A stretch of DNA of 64,000 nucleotides from Candidatus Multivoradales bacterium (GTDB taxonomy: Bacteria; Acidobacteriota; Thermoanaerobaculia; Multivoradales; Multivoraceae), in NCBI GenBank assembly GCA_965223325.1, contig CBDCWI010000002.1, positions 3,584,001 through 3,648,000 on the forward strand, read 5' to 3'. Shown here one piece after another: positions 38,822-48,515 of this stretch; the first letter of the stretch is position 1, and each line of letters opens with the position of its first letter. The position numbers and the translations under genes were made by a program. The notes under the pieces were generated by a model that was given only the letters and a program-made list of their open reading frames with translations, searched no databases and was not told the origin of the DNA.

Positions 38822-39919
38822 AAGTCACTCTTGCGGCGCAAGCGGTGCGTTGCGTGGGCCGCGTTCACGGGTGCTCGCCCTGATCTTGCGGTTGTGGTTT
38901 GCGGTGGTCCGTCGCGCGCCGCGGATTCGCGGCTTCGTTGGAGCCGTTTGTGTTGCCGTGTTTCGCAACTTGAATCGGTGGTTCGTGGCGTTTTCTGGCC
39001 TTTTGTGAGCGTGCCTCGTTTTGGTAGGCGGTGCGGTTGGAGTGGCGACCTTTCGTCGGTGTTTGGTCGTTACCACGGGTCACACTAAAGTCACTCTTGC
39101 GGCGCAAGCGGTGCGTTGCGTGGGCCGCGTTCACGGGTGCTCGCCCTGATCTTGCGGTTGTGGTTTGCGGTGGTCCGTCGCGCGCCGCGGATTCGCGGCT
39201 TCGTTGGAGCCGTTTGTGTTGCCGTGTTTCGCAACTTGAATCGGTGGTTCGTGGCGTTTTCTGGCCTTTTGTGAGCGTGCCTCGTTTTGGTAGGCGGTGC
39301 GGTTGGAGTGGCGACCTTTCGTCGGTGTTTGGTCGTTACCACGGGTCACACTAAAGTCACTCTTGCGGCGCAAGCGGTGCGTTGCGTGGGCCGCGTTCAC
39401 GGGTGCTCGCCCTGATCTTGCGGTTGGGGTTTGCGGTGGTCCGTCGCGCGCCGCGGATTCGCGGCTTCGTTGGAGCCGTTTGTGTTGCCGTGTTTCGCAA
39501 CTTGAATCGGTGGTTCGTGGCGTTTTACGGCCTTTGTGAGCGTGCCTCGTTTTGGTAGGCGGTGCGGTTGGAGTGGCGACCTTTCGTCGGTGTTTGGTCG
39601 TTACCACGGGTCACACTAAAGTCACTCTTGCGGCGCAAGCGGTGCGTTTGCGTGGGCCGCGTTCACGGGTGCTCGCCCTGATCTTGCGGTTGGGGTTTGC
39701 GGTGGTCCGTCGCGCGCCGCGGATTCGCGGCTTCGTTGGAGCCGTTTGTGTTGCCGTGTTTCGCAACTTGAATCGGTGGTTCGTGGCGTTTTCTGGCCTT
39801 TTGTGAGCGTGCCTCGTTTTGGTAGGCGGTGCGGTTGGAGTTGTGAGTACTCGCCCCTGATCTTGCGGTTGGGGTCTGCGGCGGTCCGTTGCGCGCCGCG
39901 GAGTCGCGGCTTCGATGGA
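38727..39919. repeat. Tandem array of a 266-bp unit (4 full copies, one partial copy and a degenerate tail)
   Basis: Anchor ACCACGGGTCACACTAAA recurs at 38806, 39072, 39338 and 39603 (periods 266, 266, 265); near-identical units with strong G/T skew on +; no unique spacers. Confidence 0.95.
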
Positions 39920-40017
39920 TCTTCGGGTCCGGAACAGAACTGCAGGAGCCGGACAGTTGCTGTCGTTCGCGCTCGTTGAACCGACGCCAGGTCGATGGCT
40001 GAGCTGGTACTGGTTCC

Positions 40018-41139
40018 CTACGGTGACTCACCCTTTGCGGCGCGGGCCTCTTCCTCCAAGAGCCTTGCTCCGCGCATGATTCCACCCATGGCGTAATTGC
40101 CTTCGTGACAGGCGTACTCGAAGACTTTGTTGTCGGTGCGGGGCCAGATGAAGTCACCGCTCCAGGTTCCGGTGCGTACGCCACCCTCGTCGACGGTGAA
40201 CTCGTAGTGCAGGGTGTCCTCGTCCCAGCGGGTAAAGCGCTCGACGACGTGTAGATCGTCACGGTTGGTTCCTGCGCCGATGGGAGTCAGGAAGTTGGTG
40301 GTGTCGACTACCAGGGTGTCCCCTTCCCAGTGACCCACCGAGTCGCCCCACCACTTCCGTACTTCGGCCGGCGGGTGCTCTCCGCCGATGCGCACGACCC
40401 GAACGTCGTGAACCATCTCGTTGAGGATGAGAACGTGGTTGTCGGTTTGCACGATGCGCTTGAAGTTGTTGTAGAGCGACGGCAGGGCTGGGACAGTCGA
40501 GGCGAAGCTCATCAGGCAGCGCTCGGCGAATGGTCGCATCTCGATGTCGTCGTACGGCCCGGGACCTTCCTTGTCGAGCCAGAAGGCGGTGCCGTCGTTG
40601 GGCTCGAAGAGGCCGATCTTGCGTAGCTTCATCCTCGAAGCCAGCGCTTCTTTTGTCAGCGGTGGCTTGCGGCCATTCTCAGGACTTGTCAGGATCGAGG
40701 TGCGGAAGCGCCCGTCGATCTCGATCACCGAGTCGCCACGATCGACCCAGAAGCTGTTGTAGCCACCGACGTTGCCGGCACCCAGAGTCTCGCGCTGCTC
40801 ATCGGCGAAGCCCACCGGCGCTGCGCCACCCTCCTCGGGTGCCTCGCGGTTCGGATCACTGGCCTTCGATCCCGCCTCGATGACGTCGAGCCACTCCCTC
40901 TCGACCGCTTCAGCCTCTTCCCTGGTCAGATAGAGGTTGTTGCCGAACTTCTGGGGTCGCTCGAGCGGTGTCAGCGTCTTGAGGTCGTAGGTGCCCGAAA
41001 GATCGGGACGTCCGTTTGCCAGACGGGGCACTGAGTCGCCCTCTTGGGCGCCGGACAGGAGCGGAAAGAGCATCGCCAAGGCGGCCAGGGTGAGAACGGC
41101 GCTGAGGTGAGTCGGCAGTCTTGCGGTGAGTCCTGACAT
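40018..41139 (-). CDS. Conserved exported hypothetical protein (GxPDLSG...EYACHEGN family)
   Basis: Signal peptide; motifs GRPDLSG, ERCL, GDSVGHWEGDTLVVDTTNF, LHVVERFTR, EYACHEGN; GGGAGG SD. Confidence 0.8.
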   Translation of the reverse strand: MSGLTARLPTHLSAVLTLAALAMLFPLLSGAQEGDSVPRLANGRPDLSGTYDLKTLTPLERPQKFGNNLYLTREEAEAVEREWLDVIEAGSKASDPNREAPEEGGAAPVGFADEQRETLGAGNVGGYNSFWVDRGDSVIEIDGRFRTSILTSPENGRKPPLTKEALASRMKLRKIGLFEPNDGTAFWLDKEGPGPYDDIEMRPFAERCLMSFASTVPALPSLYNNFKRIVQTDNHVLILNEMVHDVRVVRIGGEHPPAEVRKWWGDSVGHWEGDTLVVDTTNFLTPIGAGTNRDDLHVVERFTRWDEDTLHYEFTVDEGGVRTGTWSGDFIWPRTDNKVFEYACHEGNYAMGGIMRGARLLEEEARAAKGESP

Positions 41140-41326
41140 AGCGTGTCGCCTCCCAGAAGTTGTCTCGGCATGATAGCTGGCTGCCGCGGATGCCAGAAAA
41201 CGCTCGCACGGGGTTGGATCCTGAGAGGCCTTTTGGCGTTCTAGGGCCCCTTGTCGCTATGATTCGGGTCGTAGCGACGCCAGGGAGGTGTCGCGCTTCT
41301 CCTTGATTTCACAGGGGTTTCCTGCG

Positions 41327-41860
41327 ATGACCAACCCTACAATCAGCCCGCGAGGGCAGGTGCTCCTGGCCCTCTCGGTGGCGGTGCTCTCAACCTGCCT
41401 TCCTGCCGCCGCGGAGGATGAGCCGGTGCGTAACGCCCGCTACCCAGCCGAGGGGATTCTCTTCGGCGGCCAGCCCAGCGAAGCCGAGATGACCCAGCTC
41501 ATCGACAAGGGCTACAAGACGGTCATCGACCTGCGTATGCCGTCCGAAGACCGTGGCTTCGACCAAGCAGCTCTGCTGTCCTCTCTAGGGGTTGCCTACC
41601 AGCCCTTGCCGGTCAATGGAACGGCGCTCGAGGTACCCAGAACTTACGAGCGCTTCTTCGAGCTGCTCGTCGATGCCGAGCGTCCTGTCCTGGTGCACTG
41701 CGCTTCCGGCAATCGGGTTGGTGCCCTCTGGTACGCCTGGTTGGCGGGACACGAGGGGGTCAGTCGGGACGAAGCACTGGCCGAAGCGCGCAAACAGGGT
41801 CTGCGCAGCGATCAGCTGGTGAAGGCGGTCGACGGCTGGTTGCAGTCGCGCGAGCCGTAG
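41327..41860 (+). CDS. Exported CX5R protein (DUF442/PTP-like sulfur transferase or phosphatase)
   Basis: Signal peptide; GGQPS, GYKTVIDLR, PVLVHCASGNRVG. Confidence 0.82.
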   Translation: MTNPTISPRGQVLLALSVAVLSTCLPAAAEDEPVRNARYPAEGILFGGQPSEAEMTQLIDKGYKTVIDLRMPSEDRGFDQAALLSSLGVAYQPLPVNGTALEVPRTYERFFELLVDAERPVLVHCASGNRVGALWYAWLAGHEGVSRDEALAEARKQGLRSDQLVKAVDGWLQSREP

Positions 41861-41981
41861 AAAGTGTGGGACGACCCCGATTTTCTCTTGAACTCTATTG
41901 AAATCTTCTCGAAGAACATTTTCGAATCGAGTCTCGTGACCGCCTCCGCGGCGCCGCGGGACCCTTGAGGTGAACCCATAG

Positions 41982-43322
41982 ATGCGAGTCCTGGTGATCG
42001 GAAGCGGCGGGCGGGAACATGCCCTGGTCTGGAAACTGAAACAGAGCCCTCGGGTGACCGAGGTCTATGCGGCGCCGGGAAACCCGGGGATCGCCGCCCT
42101 GGCTGACTGCGTTCCCATTGCACCGGACGAGGTCCAGGCGCTGGCTGACTTTGCCACCGAGCTCAAGATCGACCTCACCGTCGTGGGGCCCGAATTACCC
42201 CTGTCTCTGGGGGTCGTCGACGACTTCCAAAGCCGCGGCCTCTTGGTCTTCGGCCCTCGTCAGGCGGCGGCGCAGCTCGAGAGCTCGAAGCTGTTTGCCA
42301 AGGAGTTCATGCTCCGCCACGGCATTCCAACGGCGCGTTCGGAAGTCGCCAACGATGCCGATGAGGCCCGTGCGTTTGGGCGAAAGTTGGGGTTCCCGGT
42401 GGTCTTGAAGGCCGACGGCCTGGCGGCGGGAAAAGGGGTGATCATCGCCACCGACAAGAAGGAGCTCGACGCGGCGATCACGGTCTTCTTCGACGAGCGG
42501 CGTTTCGGAACCAGTGGCGACACGGTGCTGGTCGAGGAGTTCCTCGAAGGCGAAGAGGTTTCGTTCATGGGGCTATCCGACGGTCGCCGCATTTTGCCGA
42601 TGGCGACCGCCAAAGACTACAAGCGCCTCGGTGACGGTGACGTCGGCCCGAACACCGGTGGTATGGGCGCGCACACGCCGGCGGGGGTGATTGGTGGTAC
42701 CTCGGTCGCGGCGATCCTCGAGCAGGTCATGATGCCGACGGTCGGTGGCATGGCCGAAGAAGACACACCATTTGTGGGCGTGCTCTACGCTGGGTTGATG
42801 CTGACCGCAGACGGGCCGAAGGTGCTCGAGTTCAATACTCGCTTCGGCGATCCCGAGTGTCAGCCGCTCCTGATGCGTCTCGAAAGCGACCTGGCGGAGA
42901 TCCTGGAGGCGGGAGCTCAGGGAGATTTCGGCTCGCTAGGCATCGAGTTCGCGCGCCAGGCGGCGTCGAGTGTCGTGCTCGCGTCCCGGGGCTATCCGGA
43001 GAAGCCGGTGAGCGGCGAGGTCATCGAGGGTCTCGAAGCAGCGGCAGCCCACGAGGGCGTGCAGGTTTTCCATGCCGGCACCAGGGAGGAAAACGGCAAA
43101 GTCGTCTCCAGCGGTGGGCGCGTACTCAACGTCTGTGCAACTGGGTTCGACCTGCGCGATGCACTGCGCAACGCCTACCAGGCTGCGACCGAGATCAAGT
43201 GGCCATCCAAGATTCTGCGCACCGATATCGGCCGGCGAGTGATCGAGCACCACCACGCCATCAATCAAACCGGCGACGTCAACAAAGATGCACTGCGTGA
43301 TGCGCTGAAGAAGAAGGCGTGA
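41982..43322 (+). CDS. purD: Phosphoribosylamine--glycine ligase
   Basis: GSGGREHAL, KADGLAAGKGV, GPNTGGMGA, EFNTRFGDPE, SGGRVL. Confidence 0.97.
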   Translation: MRVLVIGSGGREHALVWKLKQSPRVTEVYAAPGNPGIAALADCVPIAPDEVQALADFATELKIDLTVVGPELPLSLGVVDDFQSRGLLVFGPRQAAAQLESSKLFAKEFMLRHGIPTARSEVANDADEARAFGRKLGFPVVLKADGLAAGKGVIIATDKKELDAAITVFFDERRFGTSGDTVLVEEFLEGEEVSFMGLSDGRRILPMATAKDYKRLGDGDVGPNTGGMGAHTPAGVIGGTSVAAILEQVMMPTVGGMAEEDTPFVGVLYAGLMLTADGPKVLEFNTRFGDPECQPLLMRLESDLAEILEAGAQGDFGSLGIEFARQAASSVVLASRGYPEKPVSGEVIEGLEAAAAHEGVQVFHAGTREENGKVVSSGGRVLNVCATGFDLRDALRNAYQAATEIKWPSKILRTDIGRRVIEHHHAINQTGDVNKDALRDALKKKA

Positions 43323-43338
43323 GCAGGCGGCGCTCTTG

Positions 43339-44097
43339 ATGAGTTGCGGTGGGTGCCAACACCGAGGCCAGTCGACCGAGGTCGAAGACACTTTCGTTGG
43401 GGTGCGCTTTCGCGAAGAGACCAACCTGACCCTCTGTGCGACCGCTGGGCGACTGTACGCGAAGGGCGCGTCGGTAGTGGTCGATCTCGAGAAGGGACCG
43501 GCCGTCGGAGTGGTTGAGAAATCACCCATGCCGGTGTTCAAGCCGTGCCAGAAATCGAGCGCCAGGAAGGTCGAGCGCCAGGCTCAGGACGCTGATCTCA
43601 AGAAGCACCAACGTCAGCGTCAGAACGAGGTACGAGCGAAGCGTTTTTGTCGCGAGCGAGCACGGGCGCTCGGGCTCCAGATGAAGATAGCGCGGGTCGA
43701 CTTCAGCCTCAACAGCCGGCACGCGTGGTTCTACTTCACAGCCGATGGCCGCGTTGACTTTCGCCAGTTGGTTCGCGACCTGGGAAAGCGGTTCTCGACG
43801 CGCGTGCGCATGGTTCAGGTCGGGGCGCGCGACGAAGCGAAACTGCTAGGAGGAATCGGTGTCTGCGGCCGCACACTCTGCTGCTCGACCTGGTTGGACG
43901 ACTTCGAACCGATTTCCATCCAGATGGCCAAGCGCCAGGGCTTGAGCCTCAATCCATCGAAGATCTCGGGCCAGTGTGGACGCCTTCTCTGTTGTCTGTC
44001 GTACGAAGACGAGGGCTACAAGGCGAGACCCTCGGAGCGAGATGGATCACCAGCCCGGAACACCCCGAAAGCGAGCGGTCTGCCGGTCGTCAACTGA
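43339..44097 (+). CDS. ricT: PSP1-domain protein RicT/YaaT
   Basis: FYFTADGRVDFRQLVRDL, QVGARDEAK..GGIGVCGRTLCC, MAKRQGLSLNPSKISGQCGRLLCCLSYE. Confidence 0.9.
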   Translation: MSCGGCQHRGQSTEVEDTFVGVRFREETNLTLCATAGRLYAKGASVVVDLEKGPAVGVVEKSPMPVFKPCQKSSARKVERQAQDADLKKHQRQRQNEVRAKRFCRERARALGLQMKIARVDFSLNSRHAWFYFTADGRVDFRQLVRDLGKRFSTRVRMVQVGARDEAKLLGGIGVCGRTLCCSTWLDDFEPISIQMAKRQGLSLNPSKISGQCGRLLCCLSYEDEGYKARPSERDGSPARNTPKASGLPVVN

Positions 44098-44232
44098 GGC
44101 TTGGCGGCCCACGCGTGGCAACCGATTCATGCAAGACTCGGGATGCAGACCAAAGAGCCGCCGGTCACACTCGAGGATGAGGGTGTGCCCGTGTCATTCC
44201 TTCCTTATCCCATCGAAGAGTGAAACCCCGCC

Positions 44233-44574
44233 ATGGCCAACCGCAAGCTCATTCGCCCCGAGGGCGACCCTAAAGGCACTACCGCCAGCCGCGTCGTGCG
44301 CCGCAAGAACAACCCGCCCGACCAGACCAACGCCGAGGAGTACTACTACGTCAAGCAGATGGCGGCCAAGACGTCGATGGTCGTCAAGCTGGTCAACGAC
44401 GAGGAGCTGGTCGGGGTCATCGAGTGGTACGACAAGGGGGCTCTCAAGCTCAATCGCCACGACGGACCCAACCTCCTGGTTCTCAAGCACAACATTCGCT
44501 ACATGTTCAAGGAAGAAGAGCTGCGTCGCGGGAAGCGGCGCGCGAAGCGTGCCGAGACGCCCGAAGAAGAGTGA
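44233..44574 (+). CDS. hfq: Hfq/LSm-like RNA chaperone
   Basis: Sm-fold pattern VVKLVNDEELVGVIEWYD...LLVLKHNIRY (compare Hfq FD..YKHAI) with basic tails. Confidence 0.7.
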   Translation: MANRKLIRPEGDPKGTTASRVVRRKNNPPDQTNAEEYYYVKQMAAKTSMVVKLVNDEELVGVIEWYDKGALKLNRHDGPNLLVLKHNIRYMFKEEELRRGKRRAKRAETPEEE

Positions 44575-45608
44575 ACCAGGAGCCGGTCCTCGCCTTCTCA
44601 CAGGGTGACCCCGCGGGTGTTGGCCCCGAGCTTCTCCTGCGGTTGGCCGCGCGCTGGCTCAAACAAGTGGAGAACGGGGACTGCCCGCCCTATCGACTGC
44701 TGCTGGTCGCGGAACGCTGTGCGCTCGAAGCGCACGGCAAGACGTTGGAACCAGCTGTGGTCGAGTCCGTCCTGTCGAGACTTGCCTACTGCCGTTCCCT
44801 CGGGGAGTGCGAGAGCGCTGATCGCGAACGGCGGATTCCGGTCCTCGTTCCGCAGTCTGACGCCTTGGACGCAGCGCGCACCGTTCTCCCGGGTCAACCG
44901 ACTCCTCAGGATGCACGGGCGGCCCTCCTGGTTCTGGAACGAACCGTGAAAGCGCTAGAGGCCGGATCTGCGCAGGCAATGATCACTCTGCCGGTCAACA
45001 AGGCCGAGATTGCAAGCCATGTCGATCAGAGCTTCCGCGGCCACACGGACTGGCTGGCGAAGCGAGCGGGGCTCGAAGAGTACGGTCGCGACTACTTGAT
45101 GGCCTTTCTGCTCGCGGATCTTCGGGTCGCTCTCCTATCGACCCATGTCTCGCTTCGAGAGGCGCTGGCGCGCATCGATGAAGGGGCGATCGTCAGCGCG
45201 CTCCTCCTCATGGCACGCCATGTCGATGGCCCGATCGCCGTCGCCGGTTTGAATCCCCATGCTGGCGAAGGCGGCCTGATGGGCCGAGAGGAAGCCGAGG
45301 TTCTAACGCCTGCCATTGCGCGCGCGCGTACCGCAGGCGTTCCCGTCGTCGGGCCCGAAAGCCCCGACACCGTCTTTCTTCGCGCGCGCTGCGGCGAGTT
45401 CGCCTGGGTGCTGGCGCTCTACCACGATCAGGGCCTGATTGCGGTCAAGACCCTAGGCTTTGGGGAGGGTACAAACTGGTCGATGGGTCTGCCCTGGGTG
45501 CGAACCTCGGTCGACCACGGCACGGCCTACGGCATTGCCGGTCACGGCAAGGCCGATGCGACCTCGCTCGAGACCGCCGTCGAGACAACCCTGCAGCTAC
45601 TTCGCTGA
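44571..45608 (+). CDS. pdxA: 4-hydroxythreonine-4-phosphate dehydrogenase
   Basis: GDPAGVGPE, GHTDWL, GLNPHAGE, YHDQGLIAVK, RTSVDHGTA; GTG start overlaps the hfq stop. Confidence 0.92.
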   Translation: MNQEPVLAFSQGDPAGVGPELLLRLAARWLKQVENGDCPPYRLLLVAERCALEAHGKTLEPAVVESVLSRLAYCRSLGECESADRERRIPVLVPQSDALDAARTVLPGQPTPQDARAALLVLERTVKALEAGSAQAMITLPVNKAEIASHVDQSFRGHTDWLAKRAGLEEYGRDYLMAFLLADLRVALLSTHVSLREALARIDEGAIVSALLLMARHVDGPIAVAGLNPHAGEGGLMGREEAEVLTPAIARARTAGVPVVGPESPDTVFLRARCGEFAWVLALYHDQGLIAVKTLGFGEGTNWSMGLPWVRTSVDHGTAYGIAGHGKADATSLETAVETTLQLLR

Positions 45609-45622
45609 TCGCGCCGAGAGTG

Positions 45623-46717
45623 TCACTCGAGTGCTGAACCGTCGCGTCGCCAGTCGACGATGACGTCACCGGCTTTCCACTCGCCGTTCTCGCGACGCTC
45701 GGTGATCCACTCGAAGTGATCGCCGGAATCGTCGCTCAGCCGCCAGATCTCTCGAAACTCGCCCGACCCGTCGGCGAAGTGAGCCGTGTAGGTGCGGTGG
45801 AGTTCGCGACCGACGACCTCGTAGCGCCCGTCGTGAAAAATGTTCTGTGGGCTGCCGAACTCGGCCATCGCGATCGAGCCGTCGCTCGGCTGGTAGAGCC
45901 CCATCCCTTCGATCCGCAACGCTTCTTCACCCGGTGAGGGCGTATCGAGATCCCAGATCTGGACATGAACCACCTTGCACGCGACTCCCCAGTGCAACTC
46001 GAGCCTTTGACCCGTCAAGTCGGGATTGAAACGCTTGACCATCGGGTGGTCGTGATACTTCGGGTCGAGGCTCGACGACCAGCTGCCGATCCAGGGGCTC
46101 AGGCTATCGAGGGGTCCCGCCTCCGGGCAGTGGTCTGATGCCGCGGTCTTCCGGTCGACGCGCACGTGCCGGGTCTTGGTTTGGCGCTCGACTCCGGACG
46201 GCTGATACGAGGTGAAGTGCTCGCGTGTATAGGAGTCTTCCGACTCGATCCGGTAGACGGTCTTGCGCTTGACCGTGTCGTTGCGCCACGTGTGTTGCCC
46301 CTCGAGTACCAGGGTCTTATCGTCGACCCAGTTGCCACGGTCGACGAACAAGATGGCGGTTTGGTTGTCATACCAGAGCTGAACCACTTCGCCTGCTGTG
46401 GCGTCCCAGGTGAGCTGGTAGCGACCGTAATGCACGTCGATTCCCGGTAGGCCGCGAATGGTGGCCTCGCCCCGCAGCCACACGTTGCCCGGCTCCCAGG
46501 CGAAGGTGGTTCGCGAGCGAATGGTTCGCTCTTCTCCCATGATGTTCTGGGTGCTCATCGCTAGCCAGTCACCGAGGAGAAACTCGAGGCGTGCGTGAGC
46601 GGGACCGTGCTCCATGTTCACGAGCTGGCCGCTCGCGATACCGGGCCGAAGGGAGGTAGAGAAGAGGACTGCCGCTGCAAACAAGGGGTTGCGCAGACAG
46701 CGTTTCGAACGAGACAT
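45623..46717 (-). CDS. Exported hypothetical protein with two lipocalin-like (DUF1579-like) domains
   Basis: Signal peptide; two LxxLxGxW starts (HARLEFLLGDW; LDSLSPWIGSW) each followed by beta-rich sequence. Confidence 0.6.
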   Translation of the reverse strand: MSRSKRCLRNPLFAAAVLFSTSLRPGIASGQLVNMEHGPAHARLEFLLGDWLAMSTQNIMGEERTIRSRTTFAWEPGNVWLRGEATIRGLPGIDVHYGRYQLTWDATAGEVVQLWYDNQTAILFVDRGNWVDDKTLVLEGQHTWRNDTVKRKTVYRIESEDSYTREHFTSYQPSGVERQTKTRHVRVDRKTAASDHCPEAGPLDSLSPWIGSWSSSLDPKYHDHPMVKRFNPDLTGQRLELHWGVACKVVHVQIWDLDTPSPGEEALRIEGMGLYQPSDGSIAMAEFGSPQNIFHDGRYEVVGRELHRTYTAHFADGSGEFREIWRLSDDSGDHFEWITERRENGEWKAGDVIVDWRRDGSALE

Positions 46718-46817
46718 AGGCGCTCTCCGAGGAGCGGGAGTTCCCGAGCAGTCTATTCGAGCCGGCGCACCGCCTGCACCGGGCGGTGGACATCGCCAGG
46801 GGTCTCGCTCCGCGGCA

Positions 46818-48287
46818 CTAGGAGGCGCCGCGACCCGAGAGTACGACCGGGATCGTCTTCAAGAGGATCTTGAAGTCGAGCGACGGCGACCAGGAGTCGA
46901 TGTACTCGAGGTCGAGCTCGATCCAACGATCGAAGTCGACTTCGTTGCGCCCCGAGATCTGCCACAAGCAGGTCAGCCCCGGCTTCATCGACAGGCGCCG
47001 GCGCTGCCAGCGGGCGTACGCTTCGACTTCTTCGGGAATCGGCGGTCGCGGCCCGACCAGGCTCATGTCCCCACGGAGGACGTTCCACAGCTGCGGGAGC
47101 TCGTCGAGCGAGAAACGCCTCAGTACCTTGCCCAGCGGGGTCACCCGTGGATCCTCGCGCACCTTGAACACCGGCCCGGTCATCTCGTTGAGGTGCGCGA
47201 TCTCGTCGCGAATGCGCTCGGCATCTTCGACCATGGTGCGGAACTTGTAGAGCGTGAAGCGCCGCCCGTTCAGGCCGCAGCGCGTTTGACGGTAGAGCAC
47301 CGTGCCGCCGGTGGTGATCTTGAGCGCTACCGCGACCAGGAAGATGATCGGTAGGCCGACGATCAACAACAACAACGAGAGGCCCACGTCCATCACCCGC
47401 TTGAGCAGGAAGAGCGGCAGACTGTCTGGGGTTGGAGAGATCGCCAGCATTGGCAGCCCGTCGAGCTCCTCGACCTGCATCTGGGCCGAGCCGTGCGGCA
47501 GGATGTCGAGGGCGAAGCGGGTCCTGATTCCCAGCTGATGTAGGCCGAGAAAGACGTCCTCGAGGCGGTCGAGGTCGCGCCGTGGAAGCGCGAAGAACAC
47601 GTCGTCGACGACCTGCTGGTCGACGATCCTCGGGATGTCGGCCACACCACCGAGCACCGGGTGCCCCAGCAGCGAGTCTTCCATCAGCGGGTCGGCCGCT
47701 TCCTCACCGTCACCGCGCACGAAGCCGACGATCTTGAAGCCCCAATGCGCGTGGTCTTCGAGCGACTGGGCCATGCGCAGGGCGGCGCGCTCGGTTCCGA
47801 CGATGAGCACCGTGCGGTAGTTGTAGCCCTGGTTGCGCACGTAGCGCGAAACGACGCGCAGGGTCAGCTTCTCAACAATCAGAAAGAGGGCCGCGAGTCC
47901 GACGAAGAGAAAGACCCAACTGCGGCTGATGCGATCCTCTCCCAGGAGAACGACATCGAGGCGGAGAGCGAAGATCGCCAGCGCGAAGAGCACCGCCGCG
48001 CCGGCGGCTGCCTGCAGCACACCGCGTGCTTCCTGGACCAGGGTAGACGTGCGGTGGGAACGGTAGCGACCGGTCCACACCAACATGATCCCCCACAGGG
48101 TCGCGGCCAGCGGCAGGAGCGGTAGGTACGAGGCGAATGGATAGAGCGGGCCCGAGAAGGAGTTGGGCATGAGCCCGGGAAGCAGGCTGTCGCGTAGCCA
48201 ATAGGCACCCAGGAAGGCCGCCGTCACGAGCAGGATGTCGAGGATGAAGACCCCCAACGCCAAGGCTCTCGCTTGCTGCTTCAGCAT
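46818..48287 (-). CDS. Polyprenyl glycosylphosphotransferase (WcaJ/CpsE-type priming transferase)
   Basis: N-terminal TMs, KRVMDV, YKFRTM, DPRVT, SLDELPQLWNVLRGDMSLVGPRP, PGLTCLWQ, DLEYI. Confidence 0.94.
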   Translation of the reverse strand: MLKQQARALALGVFILDILLVTAAFLGAYWLRDSLLPGLMPNSFSGPLYPFASYLPLLPLAATLWGIMLVWTGRYRSHRTSTLVQEARGVLQAAAGAAVLFALAIFALRLDVVLLGEDRISRSWVFLFVGLAALFLIVEKLTLRVVSRYVRNQGYNYRTVLIVGTERAALRMAQSLEDHAHWGFKIVGFVRGDGEEAADPLMEDSLLGHPVLGGVADIPRIVDQQVVDDVFFALPRRDLDRLEDVFLGLHQLGIRTRFALDILPHGSAQMQVEELDGLPMLAISPTPDSLPLFLLKRVMDVGLSLLLLIVGLPIIFLVAVALKITTGGTVLYRQTRCGLNGRRFTLYKFRTMVEDAERIRDEIAHLNEMTGPVFKVREDPRVTPLGKVLRRFSLDELPQLWNVLRGDMSLVGPRPPIPEEVEAYARWQRRRLSMKPGLTCLWQISGRNEVDFDRWIELDLEYIDSWSPSLDFKILLKTIPVVLSGRGAS

Positions 48288-48515
48288 ATCAACGTCTCTC
48301 TATGCATACGCACGTCACAGGAGAGTGTACGAGGAAAAGCAGGCTCGCGTCTAGTTGCGGAAACTGTTGCATTCAGGAGACTTACGGGGGAGATCCCGGT
48401 CGGGGCGGGGGTCATTCAGGGTGCGCGACAGGGCTCTCGCATGAAGCGGCCCTGTGCGCTGCTGGAAAGGATTGCGGGCGATTGCCTATGGTTCTGCAGC
48501 TTGAGGCGTGGCCGG

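Noticed and set aside
38727-39919. 266-bp array as a CRISPR array or as coding repeats (ORFs 38765.., 39031.., 38825.., 39091..)
   Set aside because: Units are near-identical end to end with no unique spacers and no cas genes; 266 is not a multiple of 3 and the ORFs lack SDs and protein-like composition.
41861-41981. Possible purine-related riboswitch (ZTP/PRPP) upstream of purD
   Set aside because: Consensus elements were not recognisable by eye; an Rfam/Infernal scan would be decisive.
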